A DNA stretch of 64,000 nt from Bacillota bacterium (lineage in GTDB: Bacteria > Bacillota > Clostridia > Oscillospirales > Oscillospiraceae): positions 53,018 through 117,017 of the forward strand of contig JAETQY010000012.1 in assembly GCA_021770445.1 (NCBI GenBank). The letters are read 5' to 3'. The notes under the pieces are model-generated. The model saw nothing but the letters and a program-made list of their open reading frames with translations, had not been told where the DNA came from and did not search any database. Positions 49,883 to 61,574 of this stretch are shown one piece after another; the stretch's first letter is position 1; every line of letters starts with the position of its first letter. Made by a program: the position numbers and the translations under genes.

Positions 49883-50480
49883 TCAGGCTGGAAAAGACAC
49901 ATCTGCACAGGCGGAACAGATACTCTCTCTGTTGGAGAGGCGAGGTATTGTGGAAGATCAGAGCATTACCAACAAAAGGGCTCGGGAGGCAGAACAGGAA
50001 CTGCGCCGCAATATGTATCACAATACCCAGATGATGCTCAAGCATTACCGCGACATCGTTTGGGCGTTGGAATGCTTCCCGCAGCAGGTAGCAGAGGAGT
50101 TAGACCGCCCCTTACATGATCTGGATGCACTCCTCAGCGCGGTGGATACGCAGATAGCGATGGGCAATGCAAAGCTGGAACAGCGTATGATCGGCATCCA
50201 GAAATCCCGACTGTTGCTGGACCGGATCAATGACGCCCTGACCGTACTGCGCCACAAGCCGGGCAACGGAGAAATGATGTATGATATCATTTTTCAGACC
50301 TTCATTACTCCGGATAAGCTCACCCACCAGGATATCCTGTATCGACTGAACATCTCGGACCGGCACTATTACCGTCTGCGTCAACAGGCCGTCAATATCT
50401 TGTCGATCCGTCTTTGGACAGCGCCGGCAGGTTGCCTGGATGCTTGGTTGGAATTGCTCACTTTGCTGGAGGGCGATTGA
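49848..50480 (+). CDS. RinA/ArpU-like transcriptional regulator
   Basis: Helical protein ending in sigma-region-4-like HTH LNISDRHYYRLRQQAV. Confidence 0.6.
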   Translation, partial: NMEHMKESRFGDQAGKDTSAQAEQILSLLERRGIVEDQSITNKRAREAEQELRRNMYHNTQMMLKHYRDIVWALECFPQQVAEELDRPLHDLDALLSAVDTQIAMGNAKLEQRMIGIQKSRLLLDRINDALTVLRHKPGNGEMMYDIIFQTFITPDKLTHQDILYRLNISDRHYYRLRQQAVNILSIRLWTAPAGCLDAWLELLTLLEGD

Positions 50481-50521
50481 TGGCAGGTTTTATGGCAGAT
50501 AAAATGGCAGAAAATTGGCAG
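50481..50521 (+). repeat. Four tandem TGGCAG motifs at 12/12/11-bp spacing
   Basis: TGGCAG at 50481, 50493, 50505, 50516; more copies near 50584 and 50610. Confidence 0.85.
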
Positions 50522-50610
50522 AGTTTCCGCCGATGACATGGCGATGAAAATATGGTATTCTGTTATCGTCCAAAACTGGGCGATGGCAGTACGCCGCTTT
50601 CGACGCGAAT

Positions 50611-50646
50611 GGCAGCAGTTCGCTTCGGGAGCGGTTTTTTGCTGCC
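50611..50646 (+). promoter_or_regulatory. Leader hairpin upstream of conjugation operon
   Basis: ggcagca...tgctgcc outer stem enclosing cgct/agcg stem plus T6. Confidence 0.5.
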
Positions 50647-50674
50647 AAATTTCATATGAAAGGAGAATCCCAAT

Positions 50675-51049
50675 ATGGCGCAAAATCAAAAGAAGCCGCG
50701 GGAACATCTATCTCTGCGGCTTCAACGCTGGTTTCAAGGGGCGGCAAGCACCTGCTATATGATGGTTCTGTTCGCACCTTCAGCGGCAGCGGCAGACACC
50801 ATCTGGAGCCGGTTTTCCACCATCATGGCGGACGTGTACGGCGAGTTGGTGGGGATCAGTACCATCGTGGCTGTGACCGCGGCGTCCGTCGCTCTGCTGG
50901 TGCGGATGATCTCCCGCAATGAGCGGGCCGTATCCGAGGCCACCAGCTGGCTCAAGCGGATCGTCGTCACCTGGGTTGTACTCAACACCTTGGGCTTTGC
51001 TGTGGCATATCTGCAGCCGCTAATCCAGGGTGGGCAGTATACGCCCTAA
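50675..51049 (+). CDS. VirB2/TrbC-like pilin
   Basis: Signal-like N-terminus, two hydrophobic helices with a charged loop, WLKRIVVTWVVLNTLG; first gene of the tra operon. Confidence 0.65.
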   Translation: MAQNQKKPREHLSLRLQRWFQGAASTCYMMVLFAPSAAAADTIWSRFSTIMADVYGELVGISTIVAVTAASVALLVRMISRNERAVSEATSWLKRIVVTWVVLNTLGFAVAYLQPLIQGGQYTP

Positions 51050-51069
51050 GAAAGAAGGAGGACACCAAC

Positions 51070-52050
51070 ATGAAGAGAACATTAACAGCTCTCATAGCAG
51101 CGGTACTGCTCATTGCCGCATTAGCCCTTCCGGTGGCGGCGGCAGATTGGTCGGATCCGGACGCATTGCTTCCGGTAGACATCATTCTCAACCAAGAGGC
51201 GCTTGAAATCCGGAAGGTCTATGACCTCTCGCCCACTACAGACCCATCTACCCTCCCCCGGGAAAGCTTTGATCGGGATGGCTGCCGATATGAGTGCTCC
51301 GATATCCTCCGTGAGGTGGTTATCGGCTCAGAGACGCAGAAGGTGACCCAGACCGAAACCGTGGAAAGCGACAATAAAAATATGGAGACAATCCTGGGCC
51401 TGCTGCCCCAGGAGAAGGTTGTTACTACGGAAGACGGATTTGAGGGAACATTGTATCTCAATTTGGACTCTATCCACACAGAGCCGTCTGGATACGGCAG
51501 CAAAACCAGTCCTGTTACTGCTACCCGGCGCTATCCGAATTTGGCCAGTGCCGACACCAACCATCTGCCTAAAACCATCACAGAAGGTGGGAGAACACTG
51601 AACCTTCAGGGCGTTGAATGGCAGACCGATAACACTTACAATGCCAACGATTACGAAATTGGAGATCGTTTTACTGCAATCTGCACTTATGGCGGTTCCA
51701 AAACTGTCAGCTATGTAAAGGGCTACACCACAACTGCTGATTATGTTGGTGATGCCTATCGCACTGGCGTGACAGTAATTCGTTACACTGTCATTTTTAC
51801 CGGGACACCTGTTCCCACAGCGGAACCGAACATACCCCCTGAGCCTGATGGAGAGAAGCAGGGAGGTTCGGAAACATGGATCCTTATCCCCGCCGTCTTG
51901 GCCGCACTTTGTGTCGGTGCGGGCGGCGCCTATTATTGGACAAAACGAAAGGAGCGTTTATCCTATGAAGAGACTGTTCACAACAGCGGTGATGACGCTG
52001 ATGATGGTGCTGACGATGGCGGTGGCCCCGGCTCAGGCACTGGAGTATGA
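51070..52050 (+). CDS. Secreted protein with C-terminal membrane anchor
   Basis: Signal peptide; Pro-rich linker; TM WILIPAVLAALCVGAGGAYYW then KRK. Confidence 0.75.
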   Translation: MKRTLTALIAAVLLIAALALPVAAADWSDPDALLPVDIILNQEALEIRKVYDLSPTTDPSTLPRESFDRDGCRYECSDILREVVIGSETQKVTQTETVESDNKNMETILGLLPQEKVVTTEDGFEGTLYLNLDSIHTEPSGYGSKTSPVTATRRYPNLASADTNHLPKTITEGGRTLNLQGVEWQTDNTYNANDYEIGDRFTAICTYGGSKTVSYVKGYTTTADYVGDAYRTGVTVIRYTVIFTGTPVPTAEPNIPPEPDGEKQGGSETWILIPAVLAALCVGAGGAYYWTKRKERLSYEETVHNSGDDADDGADDGGGPGSGTGV

Positions 52051-52813
52051 TGTGGAGGAACCTGAAGAGGGTATGTTTGCCCCCTCTTCTTCTGTTGAGC
52101 AGGTGACTGTTGTGGGTGGCGGGCCTACTGAGCAGAGCAATATCGACCGCAGCAAAAACACCTCTCTTGCCCCGCCTTCCTTTGGCAGTCCTGACTCCTA
52201 CCAGTCCGGAACCGGCCAGGTCCTGATTCCCCAAGTTTCCTACAGCAATTACAACAGTACTGCCGGCGGAAGTGTCAACATCAACGGAGCTAGTATCGTG
52301 GGCAACTCCGCTGGTACTGCCGGAGATTTCTACGTCCCGCCTGCTTCGCTTGGAAGCTCTTCCGCTTCCGATGTGATCACTTCGACTACGGGTGAGAATA
52401 AGTTTACGCTTCCAGACGGACTCTACTACTCAGACGGAAGCCTTGGCCGGTTGAAGATCTCCAAGCTGGGCCTTGATGTCAAAGTTTACGAAGATGAAAG
52501 CCTGGAGAATCTTGCAAAGGGTGCCGGACATTTCAAATCCACCTCCTGCTGGGATGGGAATGTCGGAATCGCCGGACACAATCGGGGTGTTACCAATCAT
52601 TTTGGAAAAATCCATACCCTCGTAGCCGGCGATAAGATCGTCTATACTACACAGCTCGGAACCAGAACCTATGAGGTCTTCTATGTTGGCCAGATCAGCG
52701 AAACGGATTTTTCCCGTTTGGATCGGACAAGTGAGAACATCATCACACTGATTACCTGTGTCAGGGATGTCCGGGATATGCGTTGGTGTGTCCAGGCCCG
52801 CGAAATTTCGTAA
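51965..52813 (+). CDS. Sortase (class D-like)
   Basis: LAKGAGH, IAGHNRG, ITLITCV and RWCVQA catalytic H/C/R. Confidence 0.88.
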   Translation: MKRLFTTAVMTLMMVLTMAVAPAQALEYDVEEPEEGMFAPSSSVEQVTVVGGGPTEQSNIDRSKNTSLAPPSFGSPDSYQSGTGQVLIPQVSYSNYNSTAGGSVNINGASIVGNSAGTAGDFYVPPASLGSSSASDVITSTTGENKFTLPDGLYYSDGSLGRLKISKLGLDVKVYEDESLENLAKGAGHFKSTSCWDGNVGIAGHNRGVTNHFGKIHTLVAGDKIVYTTQLGTRTYEVFYVGQISETDFSRLDRTSENIITLITCVRDVRDMRWCVQAREIS

Positions 52814-52880
52814 CTGACCGTTGCAAATAACCCCTATATGTGGTGTAATAAAATCAAATAAACCACAAGGGGGTATTTGC

Positions 52881-54224
52881 ATGAAACAGCTCACTTTAGT
52901 TGGACTCTGCCTTGTTGTTTCCCTATCCATGTCCGCCCCTGCCTTCGCTGCAGAACAACCAGCAGAAATTGAAGCAGCGGGGCAGTATCTGCATGATCAG
53001 GGTATCTATCTTGGGGATAGCTCCGGCAATCTTATGTTGGATAAAGGGCTGACCCGTGCCGAGATGGCCGCTGTCCTTACCCGGCTTCATGGGGAGGGTG
53101 AGGTCAACCCCGATCACTACAGTTGGGCCTGCTACTTTACTGACGTACCTGACTGGGCCAAATCCTATGTCGGCTACTGTGTCGCCAATCTGCTGGTATC
53201 CGGTTATGACGCATCCCGCTATGGCCCCAATGATATGGTTACCCCAGCCATGGCCAGTACGGTGGTACTCCGATGTTGCGGCTATGGAGGCGGCGAAGGC
53301 AGCGCATGGACCTACGGAACCGCCAGTCAGTATGCCGCCAGCCTGGGACTGATTAGCCAATCCACCGCTCAGGCGCCTATCATCACCCGCGGTGAGATGG
53401 CTGTGCTGATCAGTCGGGCCTGGGAACAGGAGGAAGGGGTGCCGGGTAAGCCAGCACTTCAGCCCGAGGGCAACGGTACGATGCAGGAATACACAATCAG
53501 TGTAACCCACTGGAGCAGAGAAGATTTTTCCCAGGACGCCAACCCGGACGTGTTCACCGCTACCTATGACCGGGCGCTCTACAACACCATCCGTCAGACA
53601 CTGGTGGACGGCACCAGCGTCACCGCCCCCGCCTATACAATGGTGGGAAATAACCGATACAGTGATGTCAAGAATCTACTGACCCGGATGGAAGGCGTCA
53701 TGCGCTATGAGCACTATGTCCCGGAGAACTTTTCCGACTACTGGCAATACCTGGATTATTTTGCTGTGTCCGCCACTATGCCGGAGAACTATCAAGCGCC
53801 CCTTGACTTTATCCAGCCCGTTATCGCGAAAGCGGTGAAAATGGATACGGACAGCGAAAAGGTGGAGTACCTGAACGACTACCTATGTACCTTGCTGACC
53901 TATGAGAACAGTAAAACAGCGGGTATCACCGACACCTTTGCCCAGCATACCGGGGAGCTTCAAGCGGCCTGCGGCTCCTACGCCAGAGCGTTCAAGTTTC
54001 TGTGCGGAGCGGCCGACATCCCCTGTTTTACCATCAGCACCAGCAGCCACACCTGGAACATGGTCTATGTGGACGGCCAGTGGCTCCATGTGGACGTTTC
54101 CCTGAACGACCTGACAAGCAGCCATTCCATGCTGCTTCGGGAGACCTACCCCAACCACCCAGACCGAGCGCCGGAGCAGACGGCTTTCCTAAAAGAGCTG
54201 CTTGTTCCTAACAGTACAAAGTAA
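52881..54224 (+). CDS. SLH-domain protein with transglutaminase-like C-terminal domain
   Basis: LTRAEMA, FTDVPDWAKSY, ITRGEMA; ACGSYARAF, HTWNMV, WLHVDV (Cys-His-Asp triad). Confidence 0.85.
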   Translation: MKQLTLVGLCLVVSLSMSAPAFAAEQPAEIEAAGQYLHDQGIYLGDSSGNLMLDKGLTRAEMAAVLTRLHGEGEVNPDHYSWACYFTDVPDWAKSYVGYCVANLLVSGYDASRYGPNDMVTPAMASTVVLRCCGYGGGEGSAWTYGTASQYAASLGLISQSTAQAPIITRGEMAVLISRAWEQEEGVPGKPALQPEGNGTMQEYTISVTHWSREDFSQDANPDVFTATYDRALYNTIRQTLVDGTSVTAPAYTMVGNNRYSDVKNLLTRMEGVMRYEHYVPENFSDYWQYLDYFAVSATMPENYQAPLDFIQPVIAKAVKMDTDSEKVEYLNDYLCTLLTYENSKTAGITDTFAQHTGELQAACGSYARAFKFLCGAADIPCFTISTSSHTWNMVYVDGQWLHVDVSLNDLTSSHSMLLRETYPNHPDRAPEQTAFLKELLVPNSTK

Positions 54225-54248
54225 CACAACCAAACACCCGCATCGGAT

Positions 54249-54280
54249 AGGCAGACTGTGAAAACAGCCTGCCTTTTCTT
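54249..54280 (+). terminator. Intra-operon intrinsic terminator
   Basis: aggcagactgt-gaaa-acagcctgcct-tttctt. Confidence 0.7.
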
Positions 54281-54304
54281 ATGCCCGGAAAGAAAGGAGA
54301 ACCC

Positions 54305-57300
54305 ATGAAACACAAGCATTTCAACCGCCTGCTGTCCATGTTGCTGGTGGTGGCCACGTTGTTCGGCATCCTCGCTGTTCCCGCCAGCGCTGCGTCCCTG
54401 GAAAACAGCGGTACCGTCACCATCCAGCAGGCCGGGTACGGCAAGTACCTGTCCAAAAGTACGGGCGGCACCATCGGCGGCGGCTATTGGAAATACACCA
54501 GCAACGACGGCCTGACCGGTACCGCGTACTGTGTCAACCACGGGCTGAAAGGGGTATCTCCCTCTAAAGCCCTGACTATTCAGCCCTATAACCGTAATCC
54601 GCAGACGATGGGTGTGTTCGCAAGCGGCTACCCCAACAGGACGCTGGAGCAATTCAAAGAGTTGCACCAGGGAGATGTGCGGGGTGTGAACGCGCTGACC
54701 GAGGACGAGTACAAGTACGCCACGCAATTGGCAATTTGGGCCTCCTGTGGTCAGCTCGCCATCCCCGGCACATCCTTTACGGCGGGCCGTGATACCCTCG
54801 CTGTACCCACTGCAGACGCACAGAAAATCCGCATCTTTGACAGTGCCAAGGCTATGGTGAATCTTGCCCAGCATTGGACAAAGAACCTCTATACCGGTCT
54901 GTCCATCCGGGCTGAGGAGAATAGGGATGTTCGCGGCGTTGAGGTGGTTAATGAGTATGGACTGGAGGGCGCAGCCAAGGACGGTACAGACGGCATCAAG
55001 CTGGAGCGCATCAACGGCAAGGAGTATTATACCCGCGTGATGTATGTGGCCTCTGCTACCTCCACCTGGATCGACGAGCGCAAGACTAAGGTGTACTCCA
55101 CCGACGCCCCTGCCGGTACAATCTTTGTGGCGGAGAACAATTCTCCCCTGGAAACGGTGCAGGAGAACGGGGCCACCTGCTATCTGGTGGATACCAGCAA
55201 AGCCCATAATACCAATCTCAACTCCAACGGTGAGGAGTACTACGGGGCTTTTAAGGTGTGCATCCCTGTGGATAACGCCGCTGAGGAGGGCAATTTTACT
55301 GTGAAGGCCACGGGCGGTGTGGCGCAGTATAACCTTTTCTTGGCCTACAACCCCGCCGCCTCGGAGCAGTCCTATATTATCTCCGACCCTGGCTATACCA
55401 CTCTGGAGGCCCAGGCACCGTTCAAATGGAGCGGTACGAAGGGACCTGACACCGCCAGCCTGCAGCTGGTAAAGGCCGGGGCAGGCGGTGCCCCCCTGGA
55501 GGGGGCCGAGTTCACCCTGACCGGCAATAACGGCACCACCGTCACCGGCACCACAGACCGAAACGGGCAGATTGTCTGGACAGGCCTCCCCTCTGACGAG
55601 AAATTTACCTTGACGGAGACAAGCGCCCCGGAGGGTTACCAGATTATCGCCCCCATGAACATCACCCTCACCCCTGGCCGCACCGAGTATGTGACCGTGA
55701 CAGACGAGACCAATAAGGGTTTCACTATTAAAAAAGTGGATGCCCAGAACAAAGGCAGTCTGCAGGGGGCTGTGTTTCGCTTTGAGCAGATCGACGGCTC
55801 TTATATGACCACTGGCATCACCGGTTTTGACGGCACTATCTCTTTTCAGGGCGACGAGCTGCCCTACGGCTCATATCGCATTACAGAGCAGACACCGCCG
55901 GATGGCTATGTGAAGTCCACCCGTGTAGAAACAGTGGAATGGGACGGCACCAAGGATGTTCTTATCACCTGGGAGAATGTGCGGGACATCAGCCTGACCA
56001 TTCTGAAGGTGGACGAGCAGACAGGTGTTTCCCTGGCGGACGCCACCTTTGATGTGTATGCGGATGGCAAACTCATTACATCCGTCACCACCAACGACAA
56101 CGGCGAGGCCCGCGTGACCGGCATCCGCAAGGAAGCCTATATTGAAATCGTGGAAACCGCCGCCCCCGCCGGGTACGTGCTGGACAAAACGCCCCATGGC
56201 ATCCACATCGATCCGTATAACCCGGCTACGGAGGATGATCCCGTACTGACCGTCACCAACCGGGCGCGGCCCGCCCTGCGTATTCTGAAGTACGACCTGA
56301 CCAGCAATTCCCCCATGCCTGATGTGACCTTTGAGGTCTGGCATGACGGCGACCTGTTCGGGGAGTACACCACCAACGCCAGCGGCGAGATTTTCCTGTA
56401 TGACCTGGAACCGGGTACCTATCTTGTGAAAGAGGTAGCAACGGATGACGCCCATGTGGTGAACAGCACCCCCCAGCAGATTGAGTTGAAGGCCGGTGAA
56501 ACGCAGACGCGGGAACTGGTCTTTTTCAATTCCCTGAAGCCGGGCATCCATCTGGTAAAGGTGGACAGCGTGACGATGAAATCCCTGCCCAACGTCCGCT
56601 TTGAGTTCAAGCTGGTGGGCGGCTCCTATCGTCAGGAGTTCACCACCGATATTAACGGCGAGATTGACCTGTCTAAGCTGACCCCCGGCGCATATGAAGT
56701 TCGGGAGCTGGAGGCCCCGGAGGGCTACCTGGTGGACGACGCTGTGCGCGTGGTGCAGGTGAACCCGGACGAAAACGCCAACTTTGTGTTTACCAACACC
56801 CCCAAGCCCGCCCTGCGCCTTATCAAGACCAGCTCGGACGGCACCCGGCTGGGCGGCGTCCATTTCCGCATCGCCCGCATTGAGGACGGCACCCATTACC
56901 TTGACCGTATCACTGACCAGGACGGCGAGATCAACATCGCCAAGCTGGAACCCGGCGTGTACTCCATCAAGGAAACGGCCACCGTTGCCGACCACATTCT
57001 GGACTTGCAGGAGTATCATGTGGAGCTGTTTCCGGGCCAGACCAGCACCATCACCATTGAGAATCAGAAGCGGCCCAACCTCATTGTCTACAAAAAGGAT
57101 GCAGACACCGGCAAGCCCATCCCCGATACGGTTTTCACCGTCCGGGCGGCGGATGGACACAGTGTAGACGAAATCAAGACGGACGCCAACGGCAGGGCCA
57201 CCCTGTCCAATCTCCTGCCCGGAGTGTACGAGGTGAGCGAGAAGTCCGTCCCAGCCCCCTGGCTCATGGACGCGCCCAGCCAGCTTGTGACCCTTTACCC

Positions 57301-60300
57301 CAACCGCGACCACACCATCTATTTTGAGAACCACAAGAAACCCACCCTGACCGTGAACAAGGTGGACAGCATCACCGGCAGTCCCATCAAGGGGGCCAAG
57401 TTTGAGGTTTGGTACGGCTCCAATAACACGACCACCGGGGAGCTGAACAGCCTGGGTACCTTTTACTCTGACGCTAATGGCCAGTTCTTTGTTGACCTGC
57501 TGCGGGACGGCTGGTACAAGGTGACGGAGCTGGAACCTGCCGCAGGGTACACCATCAAGCAACCCGCCACCCAGGAATTCTATATCAAGGGCGGTGAGAG
57601 CAAGGTCGTCACCTTTGAGAACGTACCCAAGAACGCGATTATCGTTGAAAAGTACGACAGCGTGACCGGCGCAGCCCTGCCCGGCTGTACGTTCCAGTTG
57701 CGCTACCTGGGTGGCACTTCCGGCACGGGCGGCACCGTCATCGGCACCAAAACAACCGGGAGTAATGGCACCGCCATGTGGACGGGGCTGAATCCCGGCG
57801 CTTATGTGCTGGAGGAGGTAGACGCTGCGGATGGGTACAACATCATCCAGTCCTCCGAGACTATCATGCTGGCCAACAGCGGTGAACAGAGCGTTGTCAC
57901 TGTCAGATTTACCAATGCCCCGGACGGAATTTTGCTCATTCGCAAAGTCTGTGCAACCAACCCCAGTGTAACTCTCCAAAACGCTGAGTTCAAGGTGCTG
58001 TATGCGGACGGCACCGTTGTGGGCGACAGCAACGGCATTTTCAGGACGGACGAGAACGGCGAAATCCGTATCACCGGCCTGACCCCCGGCAAGAGCGTGG
58101 TGGTAACGGAAACACGTGCCCCCGCTGGCTTTATCCTAGACACGCAGAGCCAGACCGTCCAAATTAAGGAGGGGCGCACCGTGTCCCTCACGTTCAAGAA
58201 CCAGCCGAAAGGGGCCATCATCATCCAGAAGCGGGACAGCCAGACCAATGAAGCGCTGCCCGGTGCGGAGTTCAGAATCACGACCGCCGCAGGGTGCGAA
58301 GTGGGCCTGGACGGTACCATTGGATCGTCTACTTTGACCCAGAATGGCATTTTCACCACCGATGCCCAGGGCGAAATCAAGATCACCAACCTTGCCCCCG
58401 GCGCTTATGTGATCAACGAGATCAAGGCCCCGGACGGCGGGTATGTCATCGACACGCCCTCCACCAATGTGGTCATCGGGCAGGGCGGAGACACGCAGAC
58501 TGTCATCATCAAAAATACCCGCAAGGGCGGCCTGATCATTGAGAAATACGACAGCGTGACCAAGCAGCCCCTCTCCGGCGCACAGTTTAAGGTGATGACC
58601 GCCAACGGGGAACTGACCCCGGACAACGAGGGCCTCACCTCCTCCAACGGCCTCTACACCACCGATATCAATGGGCAGATCGTCCTGTCCAAACTGCTCC
58701 CCGGCACCTATGTTGTGTCTGAGGAAAAAGCGCCGGACAATTACCGCAAGGACCCCACCCCCCAGACCGTGGTGGTCAACGCCGGGGACACCCAGACCAT
58801 CCGGTTTTATGATGACCCGCTCTGCACTCTGACGATCCTGAAGCGGGATGCTGTGACCAAGAAGCCCCTGAAGGGTGCTGAGTTTATGGTACGGGACAGC
58901 TCCGGTCATGTGATCGGCCCCAACAACGGCCTCTACACCACCGGCACGGATGGTACCGTCACCGTCACCGGGCTGGCCCCCAATTCCACCGTGGTCGTCT
59001 CTGAGAAAAAAGCCCCCAAGGGCTACATCCTCGATGAAACGCCCAAGAGCATCGTGGTACGCACCGGCGTGGCCAACAGCCTGATTTTTGACGATGAACC
59101 CGGCACTACGCTGATCATTCGCAAGTTTATCGAGGGAACTGAGAACGAGCCGCTGTCCGGTGTGGCCTTTAAGGTTGTGGACGGCAATGGCGGCGCTATC
59201 GGTCCTGATGATGGCGTGTATTACACTGACAAAGCGGGAGAGATCGTGCTGGAGGGCATCGAACCCGGCACCACCGTGAAGGTACGGGAGATCAAGACGG
59301 TCGATGGCTTCGTGCTGGATGGGACGCCCCAGGACATTCTCATCAAGGGCGGCGAAGTGCAGCAGCTCACGTTTTGGAACAAGCGGGCCGGGACCCTGGT
59401 CATCCAAAAGAAAGACAGGTGGCCAAGGAGGTCAAGCCCGCCCCCGGCTACGTCATCGACCAGAGTACCCAGACCCAGACCGTCACGGTGAATCCTCTGG
59501 ACACGCAGACCCTGACCTTCCTGAATGAACCCCTGTGCAGCCTGACGCTGACCAAGCTGGACTCCGTCACCGGCAAGCCCATCCCCGGCACCGAGTTCAC
59601 GGTAAAGGACGGTAACGGCACAGTGCTGGGCCGCTATACCACCGGCAAAGATGGGACTGTCGTTGTGACGGGCCTCGTTCCTGGCAGCACTGTGGTCGTG
59701 GTTGAGACGAAAGTCCCCAGCGGCTACGTTCTCAACAGTACACCTCAGACCATCATCGTCAAAAACGGGTCAAATACTGTGAGCAGCGGGACCGTAGACG
59801 GCACCACCAATCCTGGTGGCGGCACCAACGGCGGCAACGATCTCACTTTTGAGAATGATCCCAAGACCCGGCTGATCATCGAAAAGTACATTACCGGCAC
59901 CACCACGCCTCTGAAGGGGGTGGCCTTCCTGGTCACTGAGTCCAACGGTAAAGTGCTGGGGCCCAACAACGGCGAGTATGTGACGGACGAAAATGGCCGG
60001 ATCGTAATCGAGGGCCTGGAACCAGGCGTGACCATCATCGCAAAGGAGATCCGGGGCTTGGATGGCTACGTTTTGGATTCCACCCCCAAGTCCATCCAGA
60101 TTAAGGTGGGGGACGCCCAGACGCTTAAATTCTACAACGCCCCTGTGGGTGGTTTGGAGCTGATTAAAGTCTCCGAGAGCAACAAGAGTCAGCGTATCCC
60201 CAACACTACTTTTGAGCTCCGCCGCATGGACGGCGGGCTGGTGGATACGGTGACCACCGATAAGAACGGCCGGGTCCATGTCTCCCTGGATGCCGGGGAC

Positions 60301-61527
60301 TACTACGCGGTGGAAATTGAGGCAGCGGAAGGTTTCAAGATCGACAGCACCCCCCATTATTTCACTGTTAAGGACAATGCGACTACCACCCTTACAGTAA
60401 CGAATAAAGCGTTTTCCGGGCTTGTGATCCATAAGATCGACAGCGTCACTGGCAAGGGCATCTATGGCGTCAGCTTCCTGATCTATGACAGCAGCCAGAA
60501 ACCCATCGACCAGGTGACGACTGACCAAAACGGCTACATTTACCTGGACAGCCTGGATTTCTCCGGCAAAATCTATGTGCGCGAGATGGAGAATAAGGGC
60601 TACATTGCAGATACCCAGCTCAAGACCTTCTACATCAAGCCCGGCGAGACCACGGAAATCACATGGAAGAACACGCCAATCATGGGTCAGATCCAGATTT
60701 GGAAGAAGTCCGCTGACGATAACCCCATCAACGGGTTCCCCGCCGGCACGCCGCTGGAGGGCGCTGTATTTGAGATCTATGACAAGGCCAACCGCCTGGT
60801 GGATACGGTCAAGAGCGATAAGAACGGTCTGGCAGCCTCTAAGCTGCTGCCGCTGGAGCGATACACCGTGAAAGAGGTCACAGCGCCGCCCTATTACGCC
60901 ATCAACAACGAGGCGGTCACTGTCTATCTGGAGCATGAGGGCCAGATTGTGCAGATCGAGGTGCGCGACACCAGCGTTTTCACCAATGTATCCGTCCATA
61001 AGAGCGGCTATAAGGAAGTCGTTCCCGGGCAGTCCATCCGCTATCAGTTCTCAGACATCGCCAATAATTCCACAGTCCCTCTGGACAATTTTTATTGGCG
61101 GGACACGCTGCCCACCGATGCGGTCCGACTGGACAAAATCATCACCGGTACCTGGACGGGCCGGCTCAGCTACAAGATCGTCTATCGGACCAACGCCAGC
61201 AGCGAGTACCGCACCCTGGCCGACAACCTGAACACGTCCAAGAGCTACACACTGGACGCATCCGCCGCAGCGCTGGGGCTGGCCAACAATGAGTATGTCA
61301 CTGAGGTCATGTTCCTCTTTGGCCGTGTGCCCTCTGGGTTCACACAGCTGCAGGCGCCTTCCATCTACTGCAAAGTTCTGCCGGGATTGGCCCACGAATA
61401 TCGGTTTGCCAATAAGACTGATGTGGGCGGAATCTGGCAGGGCAACTGGGTCATGGCTGTGGATCGCTGGGTAACCATCGTCTATAACAAGACCACCACA
61501 CCCACACTGCCCCGCACTGGGTATTGA
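54305..61527 (+). pseudogene. Giant adhesin (thioester domain + ~20 SpaA/prealbumin-like repeats + LPRTG), split by a frameshifting deletion at 59418/59419
   Basis: ORF1 54305-59491, ORF2 continues in another frame to 61527; repeat 15 has its start (LVIQKKD) fused to its end (VAKEVKPAPGY) with the middle missing. Confidence 0.85.
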
Positions 61528-61543
61528 TTCCCTAACCACCCCT

Positions 61544-61574
61544 GGCGGGGACGGCCAATCTGGCCGTCCCCGCC
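61544..61574 (+). other. GC-rich 14-bp hairpin between adhesin and virB6 (no U-tract)
   Basis: ggcggggacggcca-atc-tggccgtccccgcc. Confidence 0.7.

Noticed and set aside
50481-50545. TGGCAG repeats as a mini-CRISPR array
   Set aside because: 6-bp units with 5-6-bp spacers are far too short; no cas genes
59374-59491. Programmed ribosomal frameshift joining the two adhesin ORFs
   Set aside because: About half a repeat is physically missing at the junction and there is no canonical slippery heptamer, so a deletion is the better explanation
54305-61527. Adhesin repeats as shufflon or invertible cassettes
   Set aside because: All repeats are co-directional diverged protein domains; no inverted recombination sites or invertase seen
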